Source: an uncultured Methylomirabilota bacterium (GTDB lineage: Bacteria; Methylomirabilota; Methylomirabilia; Methylomirabilales; 2-02-FULL-66-22). Taken from it: a stretch of 64,000 nt of DNA. The position numbers and the translations under genes are program-made. The stretch lies in assembly GCA_963845565.1 (NCBI GenBank), contig CAWJSJ010000005.1:96001-160000 (forward strand). The letters are read 5' to 3'. A model generated the notes under the pieces. That model made no database searches. It was not told the DNA's origin and saw only the letters and a program-made list of their open reading frames with translations. Below, piece after piece: positions 55,137 through 64,000 of this stretch (the first letter of the stretch is position 1; each line of letters starts with the position of its first letter).

Positions 55137-56582
55137 CAGGATGACACCGAACGCGAGGAGCATGAAGCCCAGCGCGATCGGCCGGTTGAAGAAGATCGCG
55201 TACGACCCGGCGGAGATGGCGAGAGCCTGCTTGAGGGCGATCTCCAGCGGTTGCGCCAGGATCGTGGCCAGCACCACCGGCGCCAGGGGATAGCCGAACT
55301 TTCGCATGAGGTAGCCGATCACCCCGAAGAGCAGCGACATCCACACGTCGAACATCAGGAAGCGCACACTGTAGGCCCCGATCAACGAGAACACGACGAT
55401 CAGGGGCCCCAGGATCGGGAACGGGATGAAGGCGATCCGCGCCCAGAACCCCACGAGCGGAAGATTCAGGACCAGCAGCATGACGTTGCCGATGTACATG
55501 CTGGCAATGACGGACCAGACCAGTTGTGGCTGCTCCGTCCACAGACGCGGGCCGGGCTGGATGCCGTACATCATGAGGGCGCCCAGGAGCATCGCCAGCG
55601 TGGGCCCCGGAGGAATGCCGAGGGCCAGGAGCGGGATGAACTGCGCGCTGCTGCCGGCGTTGTTGGCCCCCTCCGGCCCCGCGACCCCTTCCATGGCCCC
55701 ATGGCCGAACTTCTCCGGGTGCTTGGAGAAGCGCTTCTCCACGTCGTAGGCCACGAAGGTGGAAACCGCCGGCCCGCAACCCGGCAGGAGGCCCAGGAAG
55801 AAGCCGACGACGGTGGAGCGGATCATGGTGACCCAGGTGTCCCGGATGTCCTGCCAGGTCGGGAGCCAGTTCTTGATCTTGGTGTCGTAGATGTGGGTGA
55901 TCTCTTTCTCCAGGTTGACGAAGACCTCGCCGAACGCGAAGAGGCCGATCACCACGGCGATGAAGTTGACGCCGGCGATGAGCTCGGAGAAGCCGAAGGT
56001 GAGGCGGGTGGTCCCGGAGATGGGGTCCATGCCGACCAGGCTGAACATCAGTCCCGCCAGCATCCCGGCCAGCCCCTTGAGCAGCGCCTTCTCCGACAGG
56101 CTCACGACCAGACTCAGCGCCATGAACATCAGGGCGAAGTACTCGGGCGGCCCAAAGGCCAGCGCGACGCCCGCCAGCGCGGGGGCGAAGAAGGTCACCC
56201 CGACCAGGCTGATCGTCCCGGCCACGAAGGAGGCAATGGCGGCGATCCCGAGCGCGGGGCCACCCCGGCCCTGCTTCGCCAGCTCGTAGCCGTCCAGGGC
56301 CGTCGGCACGGAGGCGGCCTCCCCCGGGATGTTCACGACGATGGCGGTGGTGGAGCCCCCGTACATGGCCCCGTAGTAGATGGCGGCCATCATGATGATG
56401 GCGGGGGCCGGCGGCAAGACGGTCGTGAGGGGGAGCAGGATGGCGATTCCCGAGGTGGGGCCGATGCCGGGGAGCACGCCGACCAGGGTACCGATCAGGC
56501 TGCCGATGAGAGCAAAGAAGAGATTATATGGGGTGAGGGCGTTCGCGAAGCCCTGCCCGAGGAGTTCCCAGGAAAAGAGCAT
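55137..56582 (-). CDS. tctA: Tripartite tricarboxylate transporter large subunit; extreme C-terminus replaced at the junction (the ORF reads on to 55071)
   Basis: GVLPGIG, YYGAMYGGS, NIPGE, FGPPEYF, PEGANNA, PLLALGIP. Confidence 0.92.
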
Positions 56583-56612
56583 GCGGTCTATGACCTTCCT
56601 GCTCGCGGGCGT

Positions 56613-57083
56613 CTAGTAGAGCAGCTCTAGGAGGCCCAACGGGAAACCGAGCCCGAGGAACTCGATGAACACGACGTGGACCACCAGGCCGGTGACCAGA
56701 CCCAGGAGGAGCGAGGCCCAGTACCGATAGCGGCCGAGGTACCAGGACAATCCGGCCACGAAGAAGGTCGTGGCGATGGGAAAGCCGAGCGCGCCCATCA
56801 GCCCGATAAAGAGGACCAGGGCAACGAAGGCGACGCCGAGCCGACGGAGACCCCGCCGATCCGGCCACTGGACCAGCACGGGAGCGCCGCGATACCGCAC
56901 GGCCAGCACGACGATTCCCGCCCCGATGGCTAGGAGACCCCAGCCGACCAGGGAGGGCAGGGTGCGGGGATCGAGGCTCTGCCCTGCCATCCCCTTGATC
57001 CCCCGGGAGGCCGCCAGGGTGACCAGACCGAGGAGGATCAGCAGTGTCCCGGTGATCAGGTCGGCCGACTTCAGCGTCCGCAT
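56613..57083 (-). CDS. tctB: TTT small subunit
   Basis: Four to five TM segments; PRTLP, LGFPIAT, FIEFLGLGFPLG; lies between tctC and tctA. Confidence 0.85.
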   Translation of the reverse strand: MRTLKSADLITGTLLILLGLVTLAASRGIKGMAGQSLDPRTLPSLVGWGLLAIGAGIVVLAVRYRGAPVLVQWPDRRGLRRLGVAFVALVLFIGLMGALGFPIATTFFVAGLSWYLGRYRYWASLLLGLVTGLVVHVVFIEFLGLGFPLGLLELLY

Positions 57084-57096
57084 GACGTCCGCGCCC

Positions 57097-57200
57097 TAGG
57101 AGCCGTTACGAAATAATTTGTCCATTTTTGCAATTTCGTTACGGCTCCTTATGCCGTTCCCGGAATTTCTCCGGTGCAATTATTCTGTGACAACGGCTTA
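57097..57200 (-). repeat. Dispersed repeat family A, copy 4
   Basis: TAGGAGCCGTTACGAAAT..ATTTCGTTACGGCTCCTTATGCCGTT..ACAACGGCTTA; terminal TTA is the tctC stop. Confidence 0.92.
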
Positions 57201-58172
57201 CTTCTTTGTGGTATCCGCGTCCTTGAGCGCCTCTTTCCAGAAAGCCTGCTGCCGGACGATCTCGGCTTTGAACTCCTCGGCGCCCATGGCCCTGGAGACG
57301 AAGCCGTCCTTGCGCATCTGCTCCTTGACCTCGGGGCTGTTGGTGACATCCAGAAACGCCTTCTCCAGCTTCTTGACGGCATAGTCCGGCGCCCCGACAG
57401 GGAGGGCGACCCCGCGAGAAACGCCCATGTCGTAATCGAAACCCAACTCCTTGAAGGTGGGCACGTTCTCGAAGCCCGGGAACCGCTCCTTGGTGGCGAA
57501 TGCGAGCGGCACGATCTGATCCCGCAGGCGGACCATGTCGTCGCTATACGCGGTGATGGCATCCACATGGCCGCCCAGCAGGTTGGTGACCTGCGAAGCG
57601 GAGCCGCTGTGGGGAACGAACTGCATCTTGACTCCGGCATCCTTCTCCAGGCTGAGGTGGAGGATGTGGGTGATGCTCCAGAGAGCCACGCCGCCGATGC
57701 TGACCTTGCTGGGATTGGCCTTGGCCGCGGCGACCAGATCCTTGAGGCTCTTGTAGGGGCTGTCCTTCCTGACGGCCAGAGCCATGGGGGTGTACTGGAA
57801 ATCGCAGAGCGGAAGGAACTGCTCGGTCTTGTAGCCGACGTCCTGCATCAACGGCTGCGTGACGATCGTGGGGAGGTTGGTGCCGACGATGGTGTACCCA
57901 TCGGGCCGGGTGCGCACGAACTGCGCCCAGCCGACGGCCCCGCCCCCGCCGACCTTGTAATCAATCACGATCTTTTGGCCGAGGATCTTCTCCAGCAGAG
58001 GCTGCTGCAACCGGGCGGTACGGTCCGATTGCCCGCCCGGATCCCAGACGACCAAGTAGGTGATCGGCTTGATAGGATACCGTTCCGCATCGCCGCGGGC
58101 GCAATATCCCGAGGCGGCCACAGCCAAGAGAGCCAGGGCGACGAGCGACGCAATGCAAAGCTTTGTGCGCAT
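57198..58172 (-). CDS. tctC: TTT solute-binding protein (Bug/TctC)
   Basis: Signal peptide; YPIKPITY, PGGQSD, GGGGAVG, PDGYTI, LLGGHVD, VPTFKELG. Confidence 0.93.
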   Translation of the reverse strand: MRTKLCIASLVALALLAVAASGYCARGDAERYPIKPITYLVVWDPGGQSDRTARLQQPLLEKILGQKIVIDYKVGGGGAVGWAQFVRTRPDGYTIVGTNLPTIVTQPLMQDVGYKTEQFLPLCDFQYTPMALAVRKDSPYKSLKDLVAAAKANPSKVSIGGVALWSITHILHLSLEKDAGVKMQFVPHSGSASQVTNLLGGHVDAITAYSDDMVRLRDQIVPLAFATKERFPGFENVPTFKELGFDYDMGVSRGVALPVGAPDYAVKKLEKAFLDVTNSPEVKEQMRKDGFVSRAMGAEEFKAEIVRQQAFWKEALKDADTTKK

Positions 58173-58274
58173 GACTTTTCACCTCCGTGGTGGCGTGATC
58201 CGGAGCTGCCGACCGAGTTTGCCGATTGCCGTTCCTTTCTTCCCTGTGGGACGGCCTTGTGCCGTCCCAAGCCG

Positions 58275-59036
58275 TCACACCATGTAGCTGCCGCCGTTGA
58301 TGTCGATGCAGACGCCGTTCACGTAGCTGGAATCGTCGGACGCCAGGAAGGCGATGACGGTGGCCACCTCTTCGGGTTGAGCGAGACGGCGCAGCGGAAT
58401 GCCGGCCAGGATCCGCTGCTGCTCATCGGCGGCTCGGGCCTCCCACTTGGCCTTGACGCGGGCGGTCAGGACGATGCTGGGGGCGACGGAATTCACCCCG
58501 ATGCCGAAGGGGCCCAACTCCACCGCCATGTGCTTGGTGAGACCGATGATGCCCGCCTTGGCGGCGCTGTACTGCGGGCCGGAGATCCGGCTGAAGTTCC
58601 GGCCGGCGAACGAGGAGACGTTGACGATGCGGCCGGACTTCTGGGCTTTCATCACCGGGACGGCTGCCCGGATGGCCAGGAACGCCGACTTGAGGTTCAA
58701 GGCCACCGTCGCGTCCCAATCCGCCGGCACGATGGTCTCGACCGGCACGGTGGGCGTCCCCATGCCCGCGTTGTTCACCAGGATGTCCAGGCGGCCCCAT
58801 TCGTCCGTCACGCGCCGGATCATCGCCTCGACCTGTGCCTGGTCCAGGGCATCGCAGGGGACGACCAGCGCCTGGCCGCCGGCGTTTCGGATGGCGAGGG
58901 CGGTCTGCTCGAGGTCGGATACTGTGCGGGCGCTCACCGCTACGCGCGCGCCGCGAGCTGCCAGCACTTTGGCCGTGGCAGCGCCGATCCCGCGCGAGGC
59001 GCCGGTCACCAGGGCGACACGATCCGTGAGTAGCAT
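58275..59036 (-). CDS. Short-chain dehydrogenase/reductase
   Basis: VTGASRGIG, LVNNAG, YSAAK, INGG; GGAGG RBS; upstream TTGACA-16-TATTTA at 59154-59127. Confidence 0.93.
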   Translation of the reverse strand: MLLTDRVALVTGASRGIGAATAKVLAARGARVAVSARTVSDLEQTALAIRNAGGQALVVPCDALDQAQVEAMIRRVTDEWGRLDILVNNAGMGTPTVPVETIVPADWDATVALNLKSAFLAIRAAVPVMKAQKSGRIVNVSSFAGRNFSRISGPQYSAAKAGIIGLTKHMAVELGPFGIGVNSVAPSIVLTARVKAKWEARAADEQQRILAGIPLRRLAQPEEVATVIAFLASDDSSYVNGVCIDINGGSYMV

Positions 59037-59458
59037 GGGCACACCTCCGTGGGAAAAGCGAGAAAAGGGCGCCGCCGATCCGGGTGCGAGCATGGCCGGC
59101 CGACGGCAAAGCGGCTCGGCGTGCATTAAATACCGGACCTTCGGCCCCTGTCAAGCCAACCGGCCAGCGCGCCGATCGGCTGACCGGAAAAGCGAGCAAG
59201 CGTCCAGGGGGTAAGGCAGCATCGGCGACGGTTACTGAAGCGGGGGAAGGTATTGGAGGGAATCGACCCGTTGATCGACATGCGTCGTCGGCTTGTCGGC
59301 CTGGACGCGCTACCGTCGAGCGGTGGTCGCGGTCCGATCTTCATACGGCGGCTCACGACGTTCCGGCTGGTGGCGACTCCCCGTGAATTTAGGTGAGAGT
59401 GGTGGGAAATCTGTCGGACCTCCCGTCGTCTCGTGCGGGAGATTCGTTGAGTTGGCCC

Positions 59459-59722
59459 TTATTGCGAGACGGCGATCCGGCCGACCTCGGTCCAGATGTC
59501 GCATTCCGGCGCGCGCTGCGCGCGCTTCTCGCCGACCATGGATTCGAGGCGCTCGAGCAATTTGCGCTTGTCGTCCTTGTCGCGCTCCGTGGCCGCGGGT
59601 GCGTCCCGCAACTGCTGCCGTGCGGCCTCCACGGCTTGACGGCAACGGGCTTCCTGCTCGGGAGCGGCAAAGGCCACACCGCACAAGGGCAGGGCGAGAA
59701 TCAGCGCGCCAAATCGCTTCAT
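59459..59722 (-). CDS. Small secreted helical protein with two Cys
   Basis: MKRFGALILALPLCGVAFA signal peptide; GAGGTG RBS; mature part has a C..C pair. Confidence 0.6.
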   Translation of the reverse strand: MKRFGALILALPLCGVAFAAPEQEARCRQAVEAARQQLRDAPAATERDKDDKRKLLERLESMVGEKRAQRAPECDIWTEVGRIAVSQ

Positions 59723-59860
59723 GGACACCTCAACGGCGAGATGTTGCAGTTCCGGACCTTATGGGCACGCCACAGCCAGAGCGCGGACGAACCAAACGTG
59801 ACGGGAGCCCGGCTTTCCTGGATTGCCTCGTGCTCCCCGATGATCCCGGTCGGTTGGCGG

Positions 59861-61195
59861 TCATTCGCGTGGCGGTGATTGGTTCACACCCTGCGCGCGC
59901 CGGAGAAACGCGCGATTGACTTGACTGTGTGGTTTCAGCGCCAAACGCTCGTGGGCGAGTGCCTCGGCTAGCGACGTGAGCCCACCGCGAACCGCAGCCT
60001 CGGTCAGTGTCCAGTCGATGACGTCGCGCTGGGCGTGACTGCCGCCGAACTGATTCACGATGAAACGCGCCGGGTGGAGCCCCTCGGCACACTCCCGGTA
60101 CTGGCCGCGCCAGAAGGCCCGAAAGCCGCGGATCAGGGGAAGGCCCACCGCCCGGGTCCAACCGGCCGTGTCGGCGTCGCCGGCCGCGTGCCGCTCGAGG
60201 GTGGCGATCGCGCAGTCGACCTCGGGCTCGCGACCCGCGCCGAGGAAGGCCATCACCGCATGCCAGTCGTTGAAAGGGTATCGGCCGTCGGCATGCGGTT
60301 CCCAGCAACGCGCGACCTCCGCCCACCGATCCCCGACATCTTGTCCGGTCAGGTGGAGTCGCCAGAGCAGCGCGGAGGCATCGACCAGGTCGAGGGCGAC
60401 CATGCTGCGGCTTGCCCGGATCGGTCCGTCGTAGAGTCGCAGGACCTCGTCCGCTTGGCCGAGGTCGAGATGGCAGAGGGCGCGGTGCCACCAGTTGTGG
60501 ATCTTAAAAACGTTGTCGCTCGTGGCCCAGTACGGCTCCCGCGCGGTCATCCACCCGATGCCGTCGTGCGCGCGTCCTTGCATTTCCATGACATGGGCGA
60601 CGGCGTGGTGCGCCCAGCAGTCGAGCGGTTCGGCATCGAGAGCCGACCGCCCCGTCGCTTCTGCCCGGATGTAGTCGCCGGCCTCTTCGAGGCCAAAGGC
60701 ATACATTCCAAGCACCACACTATACCCGGGCGTCGAGGGCGACCAGCGGGGGAGCACCCGCGCCATGCGGTCGCGCATGTCCCGGGCGTTGGCGCGGTAG
60801 AAATCCATGATATGTCCGACTTGGAGTGCGAGCAGGTCGTGGGGATGCCGGACATTATGCAGATCCATCGCTGTGGCCGCAGCGACCCAGTTGCCTTGCA
60901 GTAAGTGCGCGAGGGCCGCGAGATGGGAGGCCTCGCGGTCGTCCGCCGGCAGGCCACGCGCGATCGCGACGATCTCGGCCGCTTGCGCGGTGGCTTGGGG
61001 CTCGGTGGCCAGCGCGAGGATGTGCGCCTTGAGGATGTGGGCCATGACCAGGCGTGGCGCCGCGGCGAGGGCGCGGTCGGCGGCGGCCAAAGGGTCGCCC
61101 CGGTACAAGTTGAAGTCGCTCAGTGCTTGGTCGAAGTGGGGGATCGCCTCCAGGGTCGCCCCGGACATCCGATTGCCTTGACGGTCAGTATTCAT
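59861..61195 (-). CDS. TTC38-like tetratricopeptide-repeat protein
   Basis: GMYAFGLEE, DCWAHHAVAHVMEMQG, HNWWHRAL, DASALLWRL, FNDWHA, GGSHAQRDV. Confidence 0.88.
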   Translation of the reverse strand: MNTDRQGNRMSGATLEAIPHFDQALSDFNLYRGDPLAAADRALAAAPRLVMAHILKAHILALATEPQATAQAAEIVAIARGLPADDREASHLAALAHLLQGNWVAAATAMDLHNVRHPHDLLALQVGHIMDFYRANARDMRDRMARVLPRWSPSTPGYSVVLGMYAFGLEEAGDYIRAEATGRSALDAEPLDCWAHHAVAHVMEMQGRAHDGIGWMTAREPYWATSDNVFKIHNWWHRALCHLDLGQADEVLRLYDGPIRASRSMVALDLVDASALLWRLHLTGQDVGDRWAEVARCWEPHADGRYPFNDWHAVMAFLGAGREPEVDCAIATLERHAAGDADTAGWTRAVGLPLIRGFRAFWRGQYRECAEGLHPARFIVNQFGGSHAQRDVIDWTLTEAAVRGGLTSLAEALAHERLALKPHSQVNRAFLRRAQGVNQSPPRE

Positions 61196-61597
61196 CGCGC
61201 GCTCTCCCTTTCCGGAACGGCACCACCGTCACCGCGAGGCCGAACCGCTATGGTCGTTGGGGTGGGGACAGGATTTCCCGCTTCGGCCCTGCCCTCTGGA
61301 CATCGACCGGGCCGCTGTCCTGCCGGGTGCCGGCTCGACTGTTCGGCCCGATCCGCGCGATCCGCTCGTCCCCACGTCGCGTTCCATCAAGCCAGAAAAG
61401 TATCCGGGGCTAACGAACCGGCGGTCAAGGGGAAACGAAGAGTGATGGGATTAACGCTGTGGTGTCCGAGGATCGAGGGAGAACGGAGGGGAGGCGCACG
61501 GCCGAGGAAGGCGGGCGGCGCGTCTGGATGGCAGTGCTTGCACCGGGCGAGACTGACCCGGCGAAGGTCGCTTCACGGCACGTTCAGGAGGCATAAA

Positions 61598-61630
61598 TTG
61601 ACTTTCTCGCCGGGCCCTGATATTCAACAT
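61598..61630 (+). promoter_or_regulatory. Sigma70-type promoter of the SDR-amidohydrolase operon
   Basis: TTGACT, 17-nt spacer, TGaTATTCA; overlaps ATTCAACAT. Confidence 0.5.
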
Positions 61631-61715
61631 CCCTGCCGAAGACTGCCAGGGAATGCGTATGGTGACCGCCGGCCGGCGCCCAGGGGCGTCGCCCGGAAAC
61701 GGAAAGGGGTGTGCC

Positions 61716-62465
61716 ATGGAGTTCGCCGGACAGACAGCGATTGTTACCGGTGTGGCCCGCGGGTTCGGCCGCGCCATCGTCCGTCGGCTGGCGCGGGGCG
61801 GCGCCAGGGTCGTGGCGGCCGACATCAATCTGGCCGGAGCGCAGGAGACGGTCGGCCTGGTGAAGCAGGACGGCGTCGAGGCCATCGCGTTCCAGGTGGA
61901 CGTATCCTCGGCCACCAGCGTCGGGGCCATGGTGGAGACGGCGCTCACCAGGTACGGCAACCGCGTCGACATCCTGGTCAACAATGCCGGGATCTGGAAG
62001 CTCATCCCCACAGAAGAGACCAGCGAGGAGGAGTGGGACCGGATCGTCAATGTGAACATGAAGGGGACGTTCCTCTGCTGTCGGGCGGTCATCCCCATCA
62101 TGCGCAAGCAAGGCAAGGGCCACATCGTGAACATCGCGTCCATCGCCGCGCGGAACGGCGGGACGATGGCGGGGATCCACTACGTGGCGTCCAAGGGCGG
62201 CGTCCTGGCGATGACCAAGAAGCTGGGGAAGGAGCTGGGCCAGTACGGGATCGTGGTCAACGGCATCAATCCCGGGACCAGCGGCACCGAGATGACCAAG
62301 GATTGGCCCCAGAGCATCATGGAGGGGATCGTCAAGAACACGCCACTGGGGCGCCTGGTGGCTCCCGAGGACATCGCCGACGTCGTAGGCTTCCTGGCCT
62401 CTGATGCCGCCCGCTTCGTCCATGGCGAGACGGTGGAGGTGAACGGCGGCATCCTCTGCGACTAG
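61716..62465 (+). CDS. Short-chain dehydrogenase/reductase
   Basis: VTGVARGFG, LVNNAG, YVASK, VNGG. Confidence 0.93.
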   Translation: MEFAGQTAIVTGVARGFGRAIVRRLARGGARVVAADINLAGAQETVGLVKQDGVEAIAFQVDVSSATSVGAMVETALTRYGNRVDILVNNAGIWKLIPTEETSEEEWDRIVNVNMKGTFLCCRAVIPIMRKQGKGHIVNIASIAARNGGTMAGIHYVASKGGVLAMTKKLGKELGQYGIVVNGINPGTSGTEMTKDWPQSIMEGIVKNTPLGRLVAPEDIADVVGFLASDAARFVHGETVEVNGGILCD

Positions 62466-62466
62466 T

Positions 62467-62590
62467 CGGCTGCTGAAAAAGGCCCATCTGCGGCGTTGGC
62501 GTGCTCGGGCGCTCGCTGCGGCGTACCTGGAGTACGCCTCGCTCCGCCCTTTGCCCGCCGCCTTGCATCTGGACCTTTTTGAGCAGCCTG
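62467..62590 (+). mobile_element. MITE-like repeat family B, copy 5
   Basis: CGGCTGCTGAAAAAGGCCCATCTGC...GCCTTGCATCTGGACCTTTTTGAGCAGCCTG, right after the SDR stop. Confidence 0.88.
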
Positions 62591-62629
62591 AGGAGAAGTG
62601 GGTCCTTCTGCGACCTGGACTACGAAAGG

Positions 62630-62703
62630 GTTGACGGTTCGTTGGTTCGGCAGTTCGGTGTTTCCGAGTACCGCCGAACTGCCGAACTCTCGAACCGTCC
62701 AAC
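62630..62703. repeat. Palindrome with 8-mer tandem arms (GCAGTTCG / CGAACTGC)
   Basis: Left gttgacggttcg ttggttcg gcagttcg gtg; right cgccgaactgccgaactctcgaaccgtccaac. Confidence 0.85.
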
Positions 62704-62725
62704 GGTTCATTCTGGGGGGGTAGCC

Positions 62726-63910
62726 ATGCGCTGGGTTCTGCTCAAGGACGGGCACGTGTTCGACCCCGAGGATCGGGGGGCGGCCGATGTCTTGTTGCTG
62801 GGGCGAGAGATTGTCGCCGTCGGGCCGGGTTTGGCAGCGCCGACGGGGGTCGGCGAGGGCGAGATCGTGGACGTCTCGGGTCACATGATGCTCCCCGGTC
62901 TCATTGACCCGCATATCCACGTCATGGGTGCAAGCGGGATGGGGGGACCCACCACGCGGAGCACGGACCTGCAGATCGAGCGGATCGCCGGCGTGGGTGT
63001 GACGACCGTCGTCTCCCCCCTGGGAGCCGACAGCCTGAGCCGGGACATTCCGTGTTTGCTGGCGCGTGCCGCCGCGCTGGAGTGCGAGGGGATCAGCGCC
63101 TACTGTTACACGGGGGGTTGGAAGAACCCGGTGCCGACGCTCAGCGGTGACCCGCAGGCGGATGTCGCCTATGTGGACCGGATTCTCGGAGTGAAGGTCG
63201 CGATCTCCGAGCCGATGTCTCCCGCGTACACCATCGAGGAGCTGTCCCGGCTGGCTCATGCGGCCTGGACCGGCGGCCGGCTGGCCGGGAAGCGCGCCGT
63301 GCTGCACATCCACGCCGGAGATCATCCGGACGGTCTCGCACCCGTGCTGGAAGTGCAACGGCGGACGGGCATCCCGGCAGACCGGCTGATGGTGACGCAC
63401 GTCAATCGCAACCCCGACCTCTGGCGTCAGGCGGTCGAGTTCGCCAGGGCGGGAGGCAGCATCGACCTCACGACGATGCAGCGGCCGGAGACCAACCACC
63501 TGCATGCCATCCCGGCGGCTCGCGCCATACGTGAGGCCCTGGAGTCGGGCGTGCCGGCGGCGCGGATGACCCTCTCGACGGACACCGGCGTGCCGTATCC
63601 AAGATTGGATGGAGCGGGTAATGTCGTCGGCCTCTACATGGCGGGGCCCGACGCCATCCTGGAAACCCTTCGCGAGTTGGTCCAGACGGGATTCTCGTGG
63701 GGGGAGGCCGCCGCGTTCGCGACGGTCCATACGGCCCACATCCTCGGTCTCTCGCGAAAGGGCCGGCTCGCGGCGGGGGCGGATGCCGACATCCTGGTTC
63801 TGGATGGGGCGGGCGAAGTCGACCGCGTGTTTGCGCGGGGCCGGGAGATGGTGGCGGATGGACAACCGGTCGTCCGTGGCCCCTTCGGGGCTCCGGCTGT
63901 GCAGCGATGA
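62726..63910 (+). CDS. IadA-like binuclear amidohydrolase with a divergent substrate pocket
   Basis: PEDRG, PGLIDPHIH, GPTTR, GVKVAIS, HIHAGD, THVNRN, LSTD; colinear with isoaspartyl dipeptidase. Confidence 0.88.
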   Translation: MRWVLLKDGHVFDPEDRGAADVLLLGREIVAVGPGLAAPTGVGEGEIVDVSGHMMLPGLIDPHIHVMGASGMGGPTTRSTDLQIERIAGVGVTTVVSPLGADSLSRDIPCLLARAAALECEGISAYCYTGGWKNPVPTLSGDPQADVAYVDRILGVKVAISEPMSPAYTIEELSRLAHAAWTGGRLAGKRAVLHIHAGDHPDGLAPVLEVQRRTGIPADRLMVTHVNRNPDLWRQAVEFARAGGSIDLTTMQRPETNHLHAIPAARAIREALESGVPAARMTLSTDTGVPYPRLDGAGNVVGLYMAGPDAILETLRELVQTGFSWGEAAAFATVHTAHILGLSRKGRLAAGADADILVLDGAGEVDRVFARGREMVADGQPVVRGPFGAPAVQR

Positions 63911-63926
63911 GCAGGAAAGGGTGTTC

Positions 63927-64000
63927 ATGACGACGTATCGCATCACGGTCGTTCCTGGGGACGGCATTGGCCACGAAGTCATGGCGGAAGCGCGGAAGGT
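63927..64000 (+). CDS. Isocitrate/isopropylmalate/tartrate dehydrogenase family, 5' fragment
   Basis: MTTYRITVVPGDGIGHEVMAEARK. Confidence 0.85.
   Translation, partial: MTTYRITVVPGDGIGHEVMAEARK

Overview
High-GC (about 68%, estimated by eye) bacterial chromosomal segment. Gene style, such as the Tat-exported 'QAPAYA-GTKLH' solute-binding protein, suggests Methylomirabilota (NC10/Rokubacteria); this is an inference. The left part (1-38 kb) is mostly housekeeping: a hybrid histidine kinase, a cold-shock gene, an rqcH-ppx-HNH-LysM-uvrB cluster, a TPP-riboswitch-controlled NUDIX-thiS-thiG-thiE operon, ltaE, hup, rarA, pyrF-pyrE, a PyrR-attenuated pyrR-pyrB-pyrC-carA-carB-pyrK-pyrD operon, an aminotransferase, malic enzyme and nth. 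The right part (38-64 kb) holds catabolic genes: DUF1537 kinase, Zn-ADH, fused E1 alpha/beta, a one-cysteine racemase-fold protein, split transketolase, TRAP, ABC and TTT transporters, two GntR regulators, SDRs and a divergent IadA-like amidohydrolase. No rRNA, tRNA, CRISPR array or transposase was seen. The most unusual signal is non-coding. (1) A GxxExxY nuclease-fold gene sits between 26-bp inverted arms built from 9-nt tandem units, and at least five 'empty' palindromes have the same architecture with 7- or 8-nt units, some translated into housekeeping proteins. (2) Two dispersed families of about 104 bp and 125-150 bp are always co-oriented with transcription and mostly abut stop codons. 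(3) A mini-hairpin of about 21-25 bp sits at different positions inside one family. Many single-base frameshifts and a head-on junction at 55136/55137 suggest long-read or assembly errors, especially at 50.7-55.1 kb.
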